From contig JAYQOT010000006.1 of NCBI GenBank assembly GCA_038144955.1, positions 1 through 55,975 of the forward strand: a stretch of DNA of 55,975 nt, read 5' to 3'. The translations under genes were made by a program, and so were the position numbers. Within the stretch, counting starts at the first letter, position 1. Every line of letters begins with the position of its first letter. The stretch comes from Burkholderiales bacterium (GTDB lineage: Bacteria; Pseudomonadota; Gammaproteobacteria; Burkholderiales; SG8-41). The notes beneath the pieces are model-generated. The model was not told the origin of the DNA, ran no database searches, and worked only from the letters and a program-made list of their open reading frames with translations. Below, in pieces: positions 16,440 through 25,914 of this stretch.

Positions 16440-17672
16440 ATGGCGAGCGCAAAGGGTATCAAGGAAGTCAGCTATGTGGATGTAGGCAGCATTGGTGGCA
16501 GCCACGCACACGATGCCGCTTCCTGCGGCCTGCAACAGACCGGATGGTTCGACTGTGCCGGCGGTGGCCAGGTGGTGGTGAAAAACAACATCGCCTACGT
16601 CGGCAACATGCAGAACCCCCACGGCACACTGATCATCGACGTCAAGGATCCGAAAAAACCAAAAACCATCGCTGAAATCAAGATGCCGGTAGGCACGCAC
16701 TCGCACAAGGTGCGCGTGGAAGGCGACCTGATGATCACCAACCGCGAAGTACTGGGTGCCCATGCTTTGAAGGGCCAGGTACCGCCTGAAGGTTATACCG
16801 GCGGCATCAGCATTTACGACGTTTCCAATCCGTCCAAGCCCAAGCTGATCACCGACTGGAATGCCACCGACAAGTCCCCCGCACGCTACGCCCGCGGCGT
16901 GCACCGCTTCGACTTCGATGGCCGTTATGCCTATCTTTCACCGACGATGGACGGCTACTTCGGCAACATCGTGCTGATCCTCGACCTGAAAAACCCGGCC
17001 AAGCCCGAAGAAGTCGGTCGCTGGCACATGCCCGGCCAGTGGATTGCCGGCGGCGAAAAACCCACCTGGAAAAACGACGCCCACAAATGCCATCACCCGC
17101 TGCGCATGGGCAACCGCCTCTACACCAGCTACTGGCAGGGCGGCCTGGTGATCCTCGACATCGACGATATGAGCAAACCCAAGCTGGTGTCAGGCCTCGA
17201 CTGGAGCCCGCCCTTCCCCTGGCCCACGCACACCGCGCTACCGATCCCGTTCAAGATCAAGAACCGCAATTTCATGCTGGTGACCGATGAGGATGTGTTC
17301 CGGCAGGAAGATTACTTCCCCTATCCGGCAGCGTTCCTGTGGATGGTGGACATCTCCGATGAGAAGCATCCCCAGCCGATCTCTACCTACCAGATTCCGG
17401 ACATGCCGGATGGCCCGCAGCCGCGCATGACCGGCTGCCACCAGCCCTGCGAAATCGTCACCGGCACTGAAATTCCGGTCGCCTGGTTTGCCTACGGCCT
17501 GCGCATCATCGACATCTCCAACCCGCATGCACTGAAGGAAGTGGCGCACTTCATGCCGGATGTGCCGCAGGGTTCGGACCGGGTGCAGAGCAACGACGTC
17601 ACCGTTGACGACCGTGGCCTGATCTACCTGCTGGACCGGGTGCGCGGACTGCATATCCTCGAGCGGACGTAA
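16440..17672 (+). CDS. LVIVD-repeat beta-propeller protein, no signal peptide
   Basis: Six clear repeats of the hydrophobic-x-D-hydrophobic-x-x-P-x-x-P type: TLIIDVKDPKKPK, GISIYDVSNPSKPK, IVLILDLKNPAKPE, GLVILDIDDMSKPK, LWMVDISDEKHPQ, GLRIIDISNPHALK. A terminal GLHILE follows. 410 aa; the N-terminus MASAKGIKEVSY is not signal-like. Confidence 0.6.
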   Translation: MASAKGIKEVSYVDVGSIGGSHAHDAASCGLQQTGWFDCAGGGQVVVKNNIAYVGNMQNPHGTLIIDVKDPKKPKTIAEIKMPVGTHSHKVRVEGDLMITNREVLGAHALKGQVPPEGYTGGISIYDVSNPSKPKLITDWNATDKSPARYARGVHRFDFDGRYAYLSPTMDGYFGNIVLILDLKNPAKPEEVGRWHMPGQWIAGGEKPTWKNDAHKCHHPLRMGNRLYTSYWQGGLVILDIDDMSKPKLVSGLDWSPPFPWPTHTALPIPFKIKNRNFMLVTDEDVFRQEDYFPYPAAFLWMVDISDEKHPQPISTYQIPDMPDGPQPRMTGCHQPCEIVTGTEIPVAWFAYGLRIIDISNPHALKEVAHFMPDVPQGSDRVQSNDVTVDDRGLIYLLDRVRGLHILERT

Positions 17673-17981
17673 CCGGACACCAGGCCGAAGTCTTGAGTCA
17701 TAAACATCCGGCTGCTGATCTGCTCGCACGCCGGCGCGAGCGCGCCCTGCAGTTGCGGGTTGAACGTGCTCGGCGAAGCATTCGCACTGTCCGTTCTGGC
17801 CGATCACGTTCGGGTCTATCCGGAGAAGTTCACCGGATTCACCCTGACCCGCTTTGACGGAGAGCGTATAACCGTCTGGACAGCGGGAATGATTCTCGAG
17901 TCTGATAAACTCGGACCCGATCGGCGCAATAACAAAAATAAAATGATGTCGATCTACAAAAACATAAAAGAGGAGAGAAAC

Positions 17982-18944
17982 ATGAAACGCTATTTTTTTG
18001 CAGCGCTGCTGCCCGTTTTCTTCGGCATTGCAGGCCCGGCGACCTCAGCGGAATACCCGACCCGACCCGTGCGGATGGTCGTTTCGTTCGCACCCGGTGG
18101 AGGTGTCGATACGACCTCGCGGATTTATGCGCCGAAACTCAGCGAATACATGGGCCAGCACTGGGTGGTGGACAATCGTGCAGGTGCAGCCGGGAATATC
18201 GCGAGCGAAATCGTTGCCGGTTCCAGTCCGGACGGTCATACGGTACTGGTGGCCCTAGACACCCAGCTCTCGGCAAATCCGAGTCTCTACAAACTGCCTT
18301 TCAGCGTGGAAAAAGACCTGCAGCCAGTCGTCATCCTAGCGGTCAGTGACCAAGTCCTGGTTCTGAACAACAATGTTGCCGCCAGGACCGTGAAGGAGTT
18401 CGTCGCACTGGCCAAACAAAAACCTGGCGCTTTGCGTCATGGATCGGCAGCCCTGGGCAGTTCGAATCACCTGGCGGCTGAACTGTTCAAGAAGGTAGCC
18501 GGGACTGACATCCTTCATGTTCCATACAAGGGAGCGGGCCCCGCAGTCACTGCCTTGATCTCGGGCGAAATCCAGATGAACATCAGTTCCACCGCTTCGA
18601 CCATCGGCCACATTCAGGCCGGTCGGGTTCGTCCGCTGGCGACAACCGGGCTCAAGCGCAGCAAAGTGCTGCCCAACGTGGCCACGGTCGCGGAAACCTA
18701 TCCCAATTTCGAGGCCATACAGTGGTATGCCCTCGTCGTACCGGGCAAGACCCCAAAGAATATCGTCGACCGCATTTACAGGGACTCGATCAAGGCGATG
18801 AACACCCCCGAAGTACAGGCGGCGATGGACAAACTGGGACTGCAGCAGGATCGAGCCACACCGGAACAACTGCGCGTGCGCATCAAGAAAGAAACCGCAC
18901 AGTGGAGCGGGATCATCAAGGAGACGGGAATCAAACTGAATTGA
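17982..18944 (+). CDS. Bug family (TctC-like) periplasmic substrate-binding protein
   Basis: ATG at 17982 after AGGAGAG. Signal peptide MKRYFFAALLPVFFGIAGPATSA, then EYPTRPVRMVVSFAPGGGVD. The track start at 17760 (TTG) adds 74 implausible residues. Confidence 0.85.
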   Translation: MKRYFFAALLPVFFGIAGPATSAEYPTRPVRMVVSFAPGGGVDTTSRIYAPKLSEYMGQHWVVDNRAGAAGNIASEIVAGSSPDGHTVLVALDTQLSANPSLYKLPFSVEKDLQPVVILAVSDQVLVLNNNVAARTVKEFVALAKQKPGALRHGSAALGSSNHLAAELFKKVAGTDILHVPYKGAGPAVTALISGEIQMNISSTASTIGHIQAGRVRPLATTGLKRSKVLPNVATVAETYPNFEAIQWYALVVPGKTPKNIVDRIYRDSIKAMNTPEVQAAMDKLGLQQDRATPEQLRVRIKKETAQWSGIIKETGIKLN

Positions 18945-19050
18945 TTCGCGAAGTGTAACTGGCGCTTCGCTGGATCAGCTTGACAGGTTTTGTGCCCGAA
19001 ATCGGCTCATCCCGGTAATGGGAAAGCCTGTCAGGCCATTGCACGTATTC

Positions 19051-19140
19051 TGGCGGAGAGTGTGAGATTCGAACTCACGAGGGCCGTGAGGCCCTGCCGG
19101 TTTTCAAGACCGGTGCATTCAACCGCTCTGCCAACTCTCC
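19051..19140 (-). tRNA. tRNA-Ser (anticodon TGA)
   Basis: Reverse complement reads GGAGAGTTGGCAGAGCGGTTGAATGCACCGGTCTTGAAAACCGGCAGGGCCTCACGGCCCTCGTGAGTTCGAATCTCACACTCTCCGCCA. It has a long variable arm, anticodon loop CTTGAAA and encoded CCA. Confidence 0.95.
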
Positions 19141-19342
19141 GTGCCGCCTGATTATCCCACTGCCGGTTTTGGCTCCGGCCGCGCCTCACGGCGCTTAACC
19201 AGCCCTGCAACAGGTTTGCGGGGGCGCATTGTAGCGCCAAAATGACAGATATCGGCCATGCGGATGGGGATTATGGAAAATAATGTCATTTATTATCAAT
19301 AATTTAAAAAACCAGAAATGCCGGAAAAACCTCCGGTTTTGA

Positions 19343-19371
19343 TTGAAACTTTCCCCCGCTTTCAGTAGTCT
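19343..19371 (+). promoter_or_regulatory. candidate sigma70 promoter for the BI-1/YccA gene
   Basis: TTGAAA, 17-nt spacer, TAGTCT. This would give a leader of about 40 nt to the ATG at 19416. The -10 is weak. Confidence 0.3.
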
Positions 19372-19415
19372 TATGCCCGACCGATTGGGTCAACCTTCAT
19401 TGGAGAACCAAAGAT

Positions 19416-20117
19416 ATGCAACCTGACCTGCAATCCGGAACGTATAGCGCCGGCTCACAGGACATTGCCGTCCAGCAGAACAAGGTACTGCGCAACACGT
19501 ACCTGCTGCTCGCGTTGTCGCTGATCCCCACCGTGATCGGCGCCGCCGTCGGCACGCATTTCATCAATTTCAGCTTCATGCGCGCGAGCCCGATCATGTC
19601 CGCGCTGGTGATGCTCGCCGTTTTCTATGGCTGGATTTTTGCCATTGAGAAGAATCGCGACAGCGCCCTCGGCGTCGGCCTGCTGCTCGGCTTTACCGCC
19701 TTTCTCGGAATCATGCTTGCCCCGCTGCTGCAGCAAGTGCTTGCACTGCGCAACGGTGGCCAGCTGGTGATGATGGCTGCCGGCGGCACCGCGGCGGTGT
19801 TCTTCGTACTCTCGGGCATCGCTGCCACCACCCAGCGCGATTTCAGTTTCCTCAACAAGTTCCTGCTGGTCGGTTTTGTGGTGATCATGCTGGCGGTTCT
19901 GGCCAACATTTTCCTGCAAAGCCCGCTGATGCACCTGGTACTGTGCGGCGCGTTCATCATTTTCTCGTCAGCCATCATCCTGTGGCAGATCAACGCCATC
20001 GTGCGTGGCGGGGAAACCAATTACGTATCAGCAACTCTGTCGCTCTACGTCGCGCTCTACAACATCTTCACCAGCCTGCTGCAGATACTCGGCATCATGG
20101 GCGGCGACCGCGATTGA
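19416..20117 (+). CDS. Bax inhibitor-1/YccA family inner-membrane protein
   Basis: 233 aa with about 7 hydrophobic helices. N-terminal ..QQNKVLRNTYLLLALSLIPTVIGA.. and C-terminal ..LYVALYNIFTSLLQILGIMGG..D are typical of the BI-1/YccA/YbhL family. Confidence 0.85.
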   Translation: MQPDLQSGTYSAGSQDIAVQQNKVLRNTYLLLALSLIPTVIGAAVGTHFINFSFMRASPIMSALVMLAVFYGWIFAIEKNRDSALGVGLLLGFTAFLGIMLAPLLQQVLALRNGGQLVMMAAGGTAAVFFVLSGIAATTQRDFSFLNKFLLVGFVVIMLAVLANIFLQSPLMHLVLCGAFIIFSSAIILWQINAIVRGGETNYVSATLSLYVALYNIFTSLLQILGIMGGDRD

Positions 20118-20132
20118 GCGGTTACACCCCCT

Positions 20133-20166
20133 AAAAAAAAGCGGCCTGCGGGCCGCTTTTTTTTTT
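20133..20166. terminator. bidirectional rho-independent terminator
   Basis: A8, hairpin gcggcc-tgcg-ggccgc, T10, between convergent genes. Confidence 0.8.
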
Positions 20167-20182
20167 GTACAGGAGAGCGTCA

Positions 20183-21517
20183 TCAACACCGTTCCAACAG
20201 CCCCATCGATTCGACGTGCGCGGTATGCGGGAACATGTTGACGATGCCGGCGGCACGCAGCTGGTAGCCGTGTACCGCCACCAGCACCTCGGCATCGCGC
20301 GCCAGAGTCGCCGGATTGCACGACACGTAGACAATGCGGCGCGGACCATGGGCACCGATCAGCTTGACCAGTTCCATCGCACCGTCGCGCGGCGGGTCGA
20401 TCAGCAGCTTGTCGCAAGCGCCCAGCGCCGACCATTGCGCGGCGTCGATCTTGAACAGGTCCATGGTCAGGAATCTCGTGTTGCCGGCAAGGCCATTGAT
20501 CTGCGCATTCTGTTGCGCGCGCGCAATCAGTCCCGCGCTGCCCTCAATGGCGGTGACCTGCGCCCCGCTGCGCGCGATCGGCAACGTGAAATTGCCCAGC
20601 CCGCAGAACAGGTCGGCGATGGATTCCCCGGGGCGCGGGTCGAGCAGCGACAGCGCCCGCCGTACCAGCACCCGGTTGATGGCGTGGTTGACCTGGGTGA
20701 AATCGGTCGGGCGGAAATGGATCTGCACGCCGAATTCCGGCAGCGTGTAATACAGTTTGTCCGCACCCGGTGGATGAAACACGGTTTCGGTGCCGGGGCC
20801 GCCGGTCTGCAGCCAGAACACGATGCCGTACCGGTCGGCGAAGGCGCGCAGCGCCGCCTCATCCGCCGGCAGCAGCGGTTCGAGTATGCGCAGCACCAGC
20901 ACGTCGGCCGTTTCAGTGATGGCCAGTTCGATCTGCGGCAATCGCGCCCGGATGCTGAGACTGCCAACCAGTTCACGCAGCGGCAGCAACAGGTCTGATA
21001 TGCGCCTCGGCAGCACTTCGCAGGCAGTCATGTCGGCGACAAAGCTGCTACGCCTTTCATGGAATCCGACCAGCACCGTGCCCTTCTTCAGCACGTTGCG
21101 CACGGTGAGCCGCGCGCGATGGCGGTAACCCCAGGCAGGCCCCTGGATCGCCGGCAGAATCTGCTCCGGCACCACCTTGCCGATATGGCGCAGGTTGTCC
21201 TCGAGCACGCGCTGTTTGGCGGCGACCTGGGTGCGCAGATCCATGTGCTGCAGGCTGCAGCCACCGCAGAGGCCGAAGAACGCGCAGCCGGGATCGGTGC
21301 GCGAGACGCTTTCACGGAATATGCGGGTTGCATAGCCCTGCTCAAAAGCGGGCTTGCGACGGTAGATGGCAGCATCGACGACTTCCCCGGGCAACGCGCC
21401 CTCGATGAATAGCACCTTGCCGCCAAGCCGGGCGATGCCCTTGCCTTCGTGATCCAGGGACTCGATGTGCAGCGGACCGGCCGCTGTCGTCCGCGGAGTG
21501 TTGCTGCGGCCGCGCAT
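20183..21517 (-). CDS. rlmD: 23S rRNA (uracil1939-C5)-methyltransferase
   Basis: N-terminal TRAM-like domain (..[14 protein letters not shown]..), Fe-S Cys cluster [17 protein letters not shown] motif [12 protein letters not shown], and catalytic ..[13 protein letters not shown]. Confidence 0.9.
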   Translation of the reverse strand: MRGRSNTPRTTAAGPLHIESLDHEGKGIARLGGKVLFIEGALPGEVVDAAIYRRKPAFEQGYATRIFRESVSRTDPGCAFFGLCGGCSLQHMDLRTQVAAKQRVLEDNLRHIGKVVPEQILPAIQGPAWGYRHRARLTVRNVLKKGTVLVGFHERRSSFVADMTACEVLPRRISDLLLPLRELVGSLSIRARLPQIELAITETADVLVLRILEPLLPADEAALRAFADRYGIVFWLQTGGPGTETVFHPPGADKLYYTLPEFGVQIHFRPTDFTQVNHAINRVLVRRALSLLDPRPGESIADLFCGLGNFTLPIARSGAQVTAIEGSAGLIARAQQNAQINGLAGNTRFLTMDLFKIDAAQWSALGACDKLLIDPPRDGAMELVKLIGAHGPRRIVYVSCNPATLARDAEVLVAVHGYQLRAAGIVNMFPHTAHVESMGLLERC

Positions 21518-22293
21518 CAGACCTTCCAGCGGGCCAGGAACTCCTGCCAGTGCGGCTGTCCGGTTTTTTCCAGTACGGCTCTCACTGCGGCAAGCTGCGC
21601 ATCATGCAGCGCCGGTGTCAGCGTACCGCGCATCTGCTGGAAGCGCAGGAACACCAGATAGGTATTGACGACATCGGTCTCGCAATAACGCCAGATGTCC
21701 TCTAGCCTGCCCGCCTGGAATGCACCCCAAACGGCAGAACCATCCATGCCCAGTTTTCCGGGCAGTCCCATCAGTTGCGCCAGCGCATCCAGCGGCGCAT
21801 TGGCACGGGCCTGGTACATCGCCAGCAGATCCATCAGATCGAGATGGCGCTGGTGATAGCGGCTGATGTAGTTGTTCCACTTGAACTCGCGATCATCTTC
21901 GCCCTGGTCCCAGTAGCGCGCCGCCTTCACGCCGTGCATCAGTCCGCGGTAGTGCAATACCGGCAGATCGAAGCAGCCGCCGTTCCACGACACGATCTGC
22001 GGCGTGTATTTTTCGATGCCGTCGAAAAACCGCTGGATGATCTCGCCTTCGCTTTCGCCAGCCGCGCCCAGCGACCACACGCGGAAACTGTCACGGTCCT
22101 GAAGCGCACACGAAATCACCAGCACCCGGTGCAGGTAATGAGGCAGGAAGTCGCTGCCATGTGTCTGGCGTCGCAGCTGGAACGCCATCTCGGCGACATC
22201 GGCATCGGAAACGCTGTCGTCGATCCCGTGCAGACGGCGGATGCCGTCCACATCGGGCACGGTCTCGATGTCGAACACCAGCGTGGAATTCAA
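21517..22293 (-). CDS. predicted 3'-5' exonuclease (RNase H-like, PolB-exonuclease-related)
   Basis: TTG start preceded by AAGGAAAA. (M)[13 protein letters not shown] (ExoI D-x-E), ..[11 protein letters not shown].. (ExoII-like) and ..[10 protein letters not shown].. (ExoIII-like). The stop overlaps the rlmD start by 1 nt. Confidence 0.7.
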   Translation of the reverse strand: MNSTLVFDIETVPDVDGIRRLHGIDDSVSDADVAEMAFQLRRQTHGSDFLPHYLHRVLVISCALQDRDSFRVWSLGAAGESEGEIIQRFFDGIEKYTPQIVSWNGGCFDLPVLHYRGLMHGVKAARYWDQGEDDREFKWNNYISRYHQRHLDLMDLLAMYQARANAPLDALAQLMGLPGKLGMDGSAVWGAFQAGRLEDIWRYCETDVVNTYLVFLRFQQMRGTLTPALHDAQLAAVRAVLEKTGQPHWQEFLARWKV

Positions 22294-22325
22294 CTATTTT
22301 CCTTTAAAAACAATTACTTATAATA

Positions 22326-23210
22326 TCAGGCAAAAATGCCGGTGGAGAGGTAGCGGTCACCGCGATCGCAGACGATGAAGACGATGACCGCGTTCTCGAC
22401 CTGCGCGGAAATCTGCAGCGCGGACCACAGCGCACCCCCTGAAGACACGCCGGCAAAGATGCCCTCTTCACTGGCCAGGAGCCGCGTTGTTTGTTCGGCA
22501 TCAGTCTGGTTCACTTCGACCACCTGGTCCACCCGCGACCAGTCACAGATTTTCGGCAGATAGGCCGCCGGCCATTTGCGTATGCCGGCGATCTGCGAAC
22601 CGTCGGACGGCTGACAGCCGATGATCTTGATATCCGGATTTTTTTCCTTCAGATAACGCGACACACCCATGATGGTGCCGGTAGTGCCCATACTGGAAAC
22701 GAAATGGGTGACCCTGCCGCCGGTGTCGCGCCAGATTTCCGGACCGGTGCCTTCGTAATGCGCCAGAGGATTGTCGGGATTGGCGAACTGGTCGAGCATC
22801 ACACCACGGCCTTCACGAACCATGCGCTCGGCGACATCGCGCGCACCTTCCATGCTGACTTCCTTCGGCGTCAGCACCAGTTCGGCACCGTAGACACGCA
22901 TGGTCTGCTGGCGCTCCAGCGACTGGTTTTCCGGCATCACCAGCACCATGCGATAACCCATGATCGCCGCCGCCATTGCCAGCGCTATCCCGGTATTGCC
23001 GCTGGTGGCTTCGATCAGCGTATCCCCCGGCATGATGATGCCGCGCTCTTGGGCACGGCGGATCATCGACAGCGCCGGCCGGTCCTTGACCGATCCGGCC
23101 GGATTGTTGCCTTCAAGCTTGGCCAGCAGCGTATTGGAGGTCGTCCCCGGCAACCGCTTCAGCTGTACGAGAGGCGTCTCCCCGATGAAGTTTTCGAGGG
23201 TGCGATACAT
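22326..23210 (-). CDS. cysM: cysteine synthase B (O-acetylserine sulfhydrylase B)
   Basis: Collinear with my recollection of E. coli CysM: ..IGETPLVQL.., KLEGNNPAGSVKDRPALSMI (PLP lysine), EATSGNTGIALAM, SSMGTTGTIMGVSRYLK, and CDRGDRYLSTG at the end. The ATG at 23210 is preferred; the track start at 23216 is TTG. Confidence 0.92.
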   Translation of the reverse strand: MYRTLENFIGETPLVQLKRLPGTTSNTLLAKLEGNNPAGSVKDRPALSMIRRAQERGIIMPGDTLIEATSGNTGIALAMAAAIMGYRMVLVMPENQSLERQQTMRVYGAELVLTPKEVSMEGARDVAERMVREGRGVMLDQFANPDNPLAHYEGTGPEIWRDTGGRVTHFVSSMGTTGTIMGVSRYLKEKNPDIKIIGCQPSDGSQIAGIRKWPAAYLPKICDWSRVDQVVEVNQTDAEQTTRLLASEEGIFAGVSSGGALWSALQISAQVENAVIVFIVCDRGDRYLSTGIFA

Positions 23211-23212
23211 GC

Positions 23213-24211
23213 TCAACCTGCGGTGGCCAGCAACTGCCGGCAGTAATGCGCAACACCCTGCTCTACGGTCAGGAATGATTCCTGGTAAGCACCGGCACCG
23301 CGCAGCGCGGTCAGATCAGCCTGTGTATAACTCTGGTATTTGCCTTTCAGATCACCGGGAAAGGCGATATAGCGGATGATGCCCTGCTGCTGTAGCTGCG
23401 CCAGCGACAAGGCATTCTTGCCTTCGGCGCCGCGGCAGGCATTGACTGTCGCCACCGCGACATCGTTGAACGACTGCGCCGCGCCGGTACCGCAGTTGAA
23501 AATGCCGGAGATCACCGGATTGTCGAGGAAATGCAGGTTGACCTTGACCACGTCCTCCACCGAGACGAAATCGCGGCGCTGCTCGCCATTGCCGTACCCC
23601 CCGCTGCCTTCGAACAGCCGCACATGACCTTCGGCACGGTACTGGTTAAAGAAATGGAAAGCAACGGAAGCCATGCGCCCTTTGTGCTGCTCACGGTTGC
23701 CGTAAACATTGAAATAGCGCAGTCCGACCACCTGAGAGCCACCAGCCGGGAGGCGGCGCACGCGCTGGTCAAAAAGCAGCTTCGAGTAGCCGTAAACGTT
23801 GAGCGGCCCTTCGCAGGCAGGATCCTCGCGAAAACCAGGATGCGCGCCGTAGGTTGCCGCCGAGGATGCATAAATCAGCGGAATCATTTCGGCATTGCAG
23901 AAATCGAGCAGCGTGCAGGAATAGGCGTAGTTGGTATCCATCACGTAGCGACCATCGCTGGCGGTGGTGTCGGAACAGGCGCCCTGGTGCAGGATCGCCT
24001 TCAGCGAGCGGCGGAAATCGCCGGACTTGATCCGGGCGAGGAATTCATCCTTGTCGAGATAATCGCTGATCGCACAGTCGGCCAGGTTGCGGAACTTGTC
24101 ACCCTGGGTCAGGTCATCGACCGCGATGATCTCGGTAATGCCCCGGGCATTGAGTCCTTTGACGAGATTGGCGCCGATGAAACCTGCAGCGCCGGTAACT
24201 ACATATGCCAT
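23213..24211 (-). CDS. hldD: ADP-L-glycero-D-manno-heptose 6-epimerase
   Basis: [17 protein letters not shown] Rossmann motif, ..ASSAATYG.., Y-x3-K (YGYSKLLFD), and 332 aa match HldD/RfaD. Confidence 0.9.
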   Translation of the reverse strand: MAYVVTGAAGFIGANLVKGLNARGITEIIAVDDLTQGDKFRNLADCAISDYLDKDEFLARIKSGDFRRSLKAILHQGACSDTTASDGRYVMDTNYAYSCTLLDFCNAEMIPLIYASSAATYGAHPGFREDPACEGPLNVYGYSKLLFDQRVRRLPAGGSQVVGLRYFNVYGNREQHKGRMASVAFHFFNQYRAEGHVRLFEGSGGYGNGEQRRDFVSVEDVVKVNLHFLDNPVISGIFNCGTGAAQSFNDVAVATVNACRGAEGKNALSLAQLQQQGIIRYIAFPGDLKGKYQSYTQADLTALRGAGAYQESFLTVEQGVAHYCRQLLATAG

Positions 24212-25182
24212 GACTGCTCCTCTGCGCCCGCGAACAATTCGTCGTAATCGACGACCGCAGTGCCGAATTTTCCGACAACGATGCCGGCGGCGCTGTTCGC
24301 CACCCGTATCGCATGATCCAGCCCGAAATCCGCTGCCAGCATCAGCCCGATGGCTGCAATCACCGTATCCCCGGCACCGCTGACGTCGTACACCTCACGT
24401 GCCTGCGCCGGCACATGCAGGCGCTCGCCGCTGCGATACAGCGTCATGCCTTCCTCGCTGCGGGTCACCAGCACTGCACCGAGCCCCAGGCGCCTGCGCA
24501 GACTTTGCACCTTCGTGGTCAGCTCCCGCTCACTGCTCCAGCCACCGGCCACGGCCCGCAATTCGGCCCGGTTCGGCGTAATCAGCGTAGCACCACGGTA
24601 ACGTGAATAATCCTCGCCCTTGGGATCGACCAGCACCGGCTTTCCGGCACGGCGCGCCAGCGCAATCATCTTGGCGATGTGTGCCAGTCCGCCCTTGCCG
24701 TAATCGGAAAGAATCACCGCGTCGCAGAGTTTCAGCAGCCGCTGGTAATCCCGCAGCTTGGTGGCCAGCACTTCGTGACTGGGTGTCGTCTCGAAATCGG
24801 CACGCAGCAACTGCTGCTGGCGGCCGATGACACGCAGCTTGACGGTGGTGGAAATACCCGCATCCTGATGCAGGCTCGCAGTAATGCGCGATTCCTTCAG
24901 CAGGCGTCGCAGACGACGTCCCGCCTCATCCCTGCCGACAACTGACAGCAGCGCCACCGGCGCCCCCAGCGCAGCGACGTTGCGCGCGACGTTGGCCGCC
25001 CCACCGGGCCGCTCCTCGACGCGGTCGACCTTGACAACCGGCACCGGCGCTTCGGGTGAAATCCGGCTGACCTCGCCAAACCAGTAGCGGTCGAGCATGA
25101 CATCCCCCACCACCAGTACGCGCGCGCGGCGTATCCGCGCACGCAGTGAAAGCTTGCTGCCGCTTGGTTTGCGTTTTTTCAT
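24199..25182 (-). CDS. hldA: D-glycero-beta-D-manno-heptose-7-phosphate kinase (kinase-only RfaE domain I)
   Basis: ..[30 protein letters not shown].. and the pfkB signature DVSGAGDTV. At 327 aa it lacks the adenylyltransferase domain of bifunctional HldE. Confidence 0.85.
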   Translation of the reverse strand: MKKRKPSGSKLSLRARIRRARVLVVGDVMLDRYWFGEVSRISPEAPVPVVKVDRVEERPGGAANVARNVAALGAPVALLSVVGRDEAGRRLRRLLKESRITASLHQDAGISTTVKLRVIGRQQQLLRADFETTPSHEVLATKLRDYQRLLKLCDAVILSDYGKGGLAHIAKMIALARRAGKPVLVDPKGEDYSRYRGATLITPNRAELRAVAGGWSSERELTTKVQSLRRRLGLGAVLVTRSEEGMTLYRSGERLHVPAQAREVYDVSGAGDTVIAAIGLMLAADFGLDHAIRVANSAAGIVVGKFGTAVVDYDELFAGAEEQSWHM

Positions 25183-25206
25183 GATTTCTATATTTTACCG
25201 GGCGGA

Positions 25207-25914
25207 TCAGCTGCCGATCTCTGCATTGATGCGTTCGATCACAGCCAGCGGATCTGCCGACCGTGTAATCGGCCGTCCGATGACCAGGTAGTCAGCGCCA
25301 CTGGCCACCGCGGCCGCGGGCGTCATGATGCGCTTCTGATCATCTGCCGCCGCATCGGCAAGACGGATACCCGGGGTTACCAGTGCAAACGATGCTCCAC
25401 AGGCCTTGCGCAGTCCCGGCGCTTCCTGTGCCGAACACACCACGCCGTCCATGCCGCTGGCTGCTGCCAGCCGGGCCAGGCGCTCAGCGAGTTGCTGTGG
25501 AGCCTCGGCATGGCCGATCTCGCGCAGGTCATCGGCCCCCAGGCTGGTCAGCACGGTTACCGCAATCAGCAACGGCGGCTCGGACAGGCCGCCCAAAGCT
25601 TCACGCGCCGCCTGCATCATGGTCCGACCACCACTGGCGTGTACGTTGAGCATCCACACTCCCAGCCGCGCCGCCGCCTTGCACGCCGCAGCCACGGTAT
25701 TCGGGATATCGTGGTATTTGAGGTCGAGAAACACGTCGAATCCGCGGTCAACCAGTTGTTCGACCAGGTCAGGGCCGGCGTTGGTGAACAGTTCCTTGCC
25801 GACCTTGACCCGGCAGCCCGCAGGGTCGAGCCGCTGTACCATGCCGAGCGCTTCGGGAGCATCGGCATAGTCGAGCGCGACAATGATGCGGGAGCCCTTA
25901 TTCTTGACGCTCAT
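25207..25914 (-). CDS. pyrF: orotidine-5'-phosphate decarboxylase
   Basis: [29 protein letters not shown] (D-x-K-x-x-D), and ..YLVIGRPIT.. The ATG at 25914 overlaps the lapB stop (ATGA), so the longer track start is rejected. Confidence 0.9.
   Translation of the reverse strand: MSVKNKGSRIIVALDYADAPEALGMVQRLDPAGCRVKVGKELFTNAGPDLVEQLVDRGFDVFLDLKYHDIPNTVAAACKAAARLGVWMLNVHASGGRTMMQAAREALGGLSEPPLLIAVTVLTSLGADDLREIGHAEAPQQLAERLARLAAASGMDGVVCSAQEAPGLRKACGASFALVTPGIRLADAAADDQKRIMTPAAAVASGADYLVIGRPITRSADPLAVIERINAEIGS

Noticed and set aside
5081-19050. Genomic island integrated at tRNA-Ser(UGA)
   Set aside because: The hydrolase block does face the 3' end of the tRNA. However, I found no integrase, no transposase, and no direct repeat of the tRNA 3' end (tggcggagagtgtgagattcgaa) at the distal boundary near 5081-5095 or anywhere else I could see. 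Mobility is therefore unsupported.
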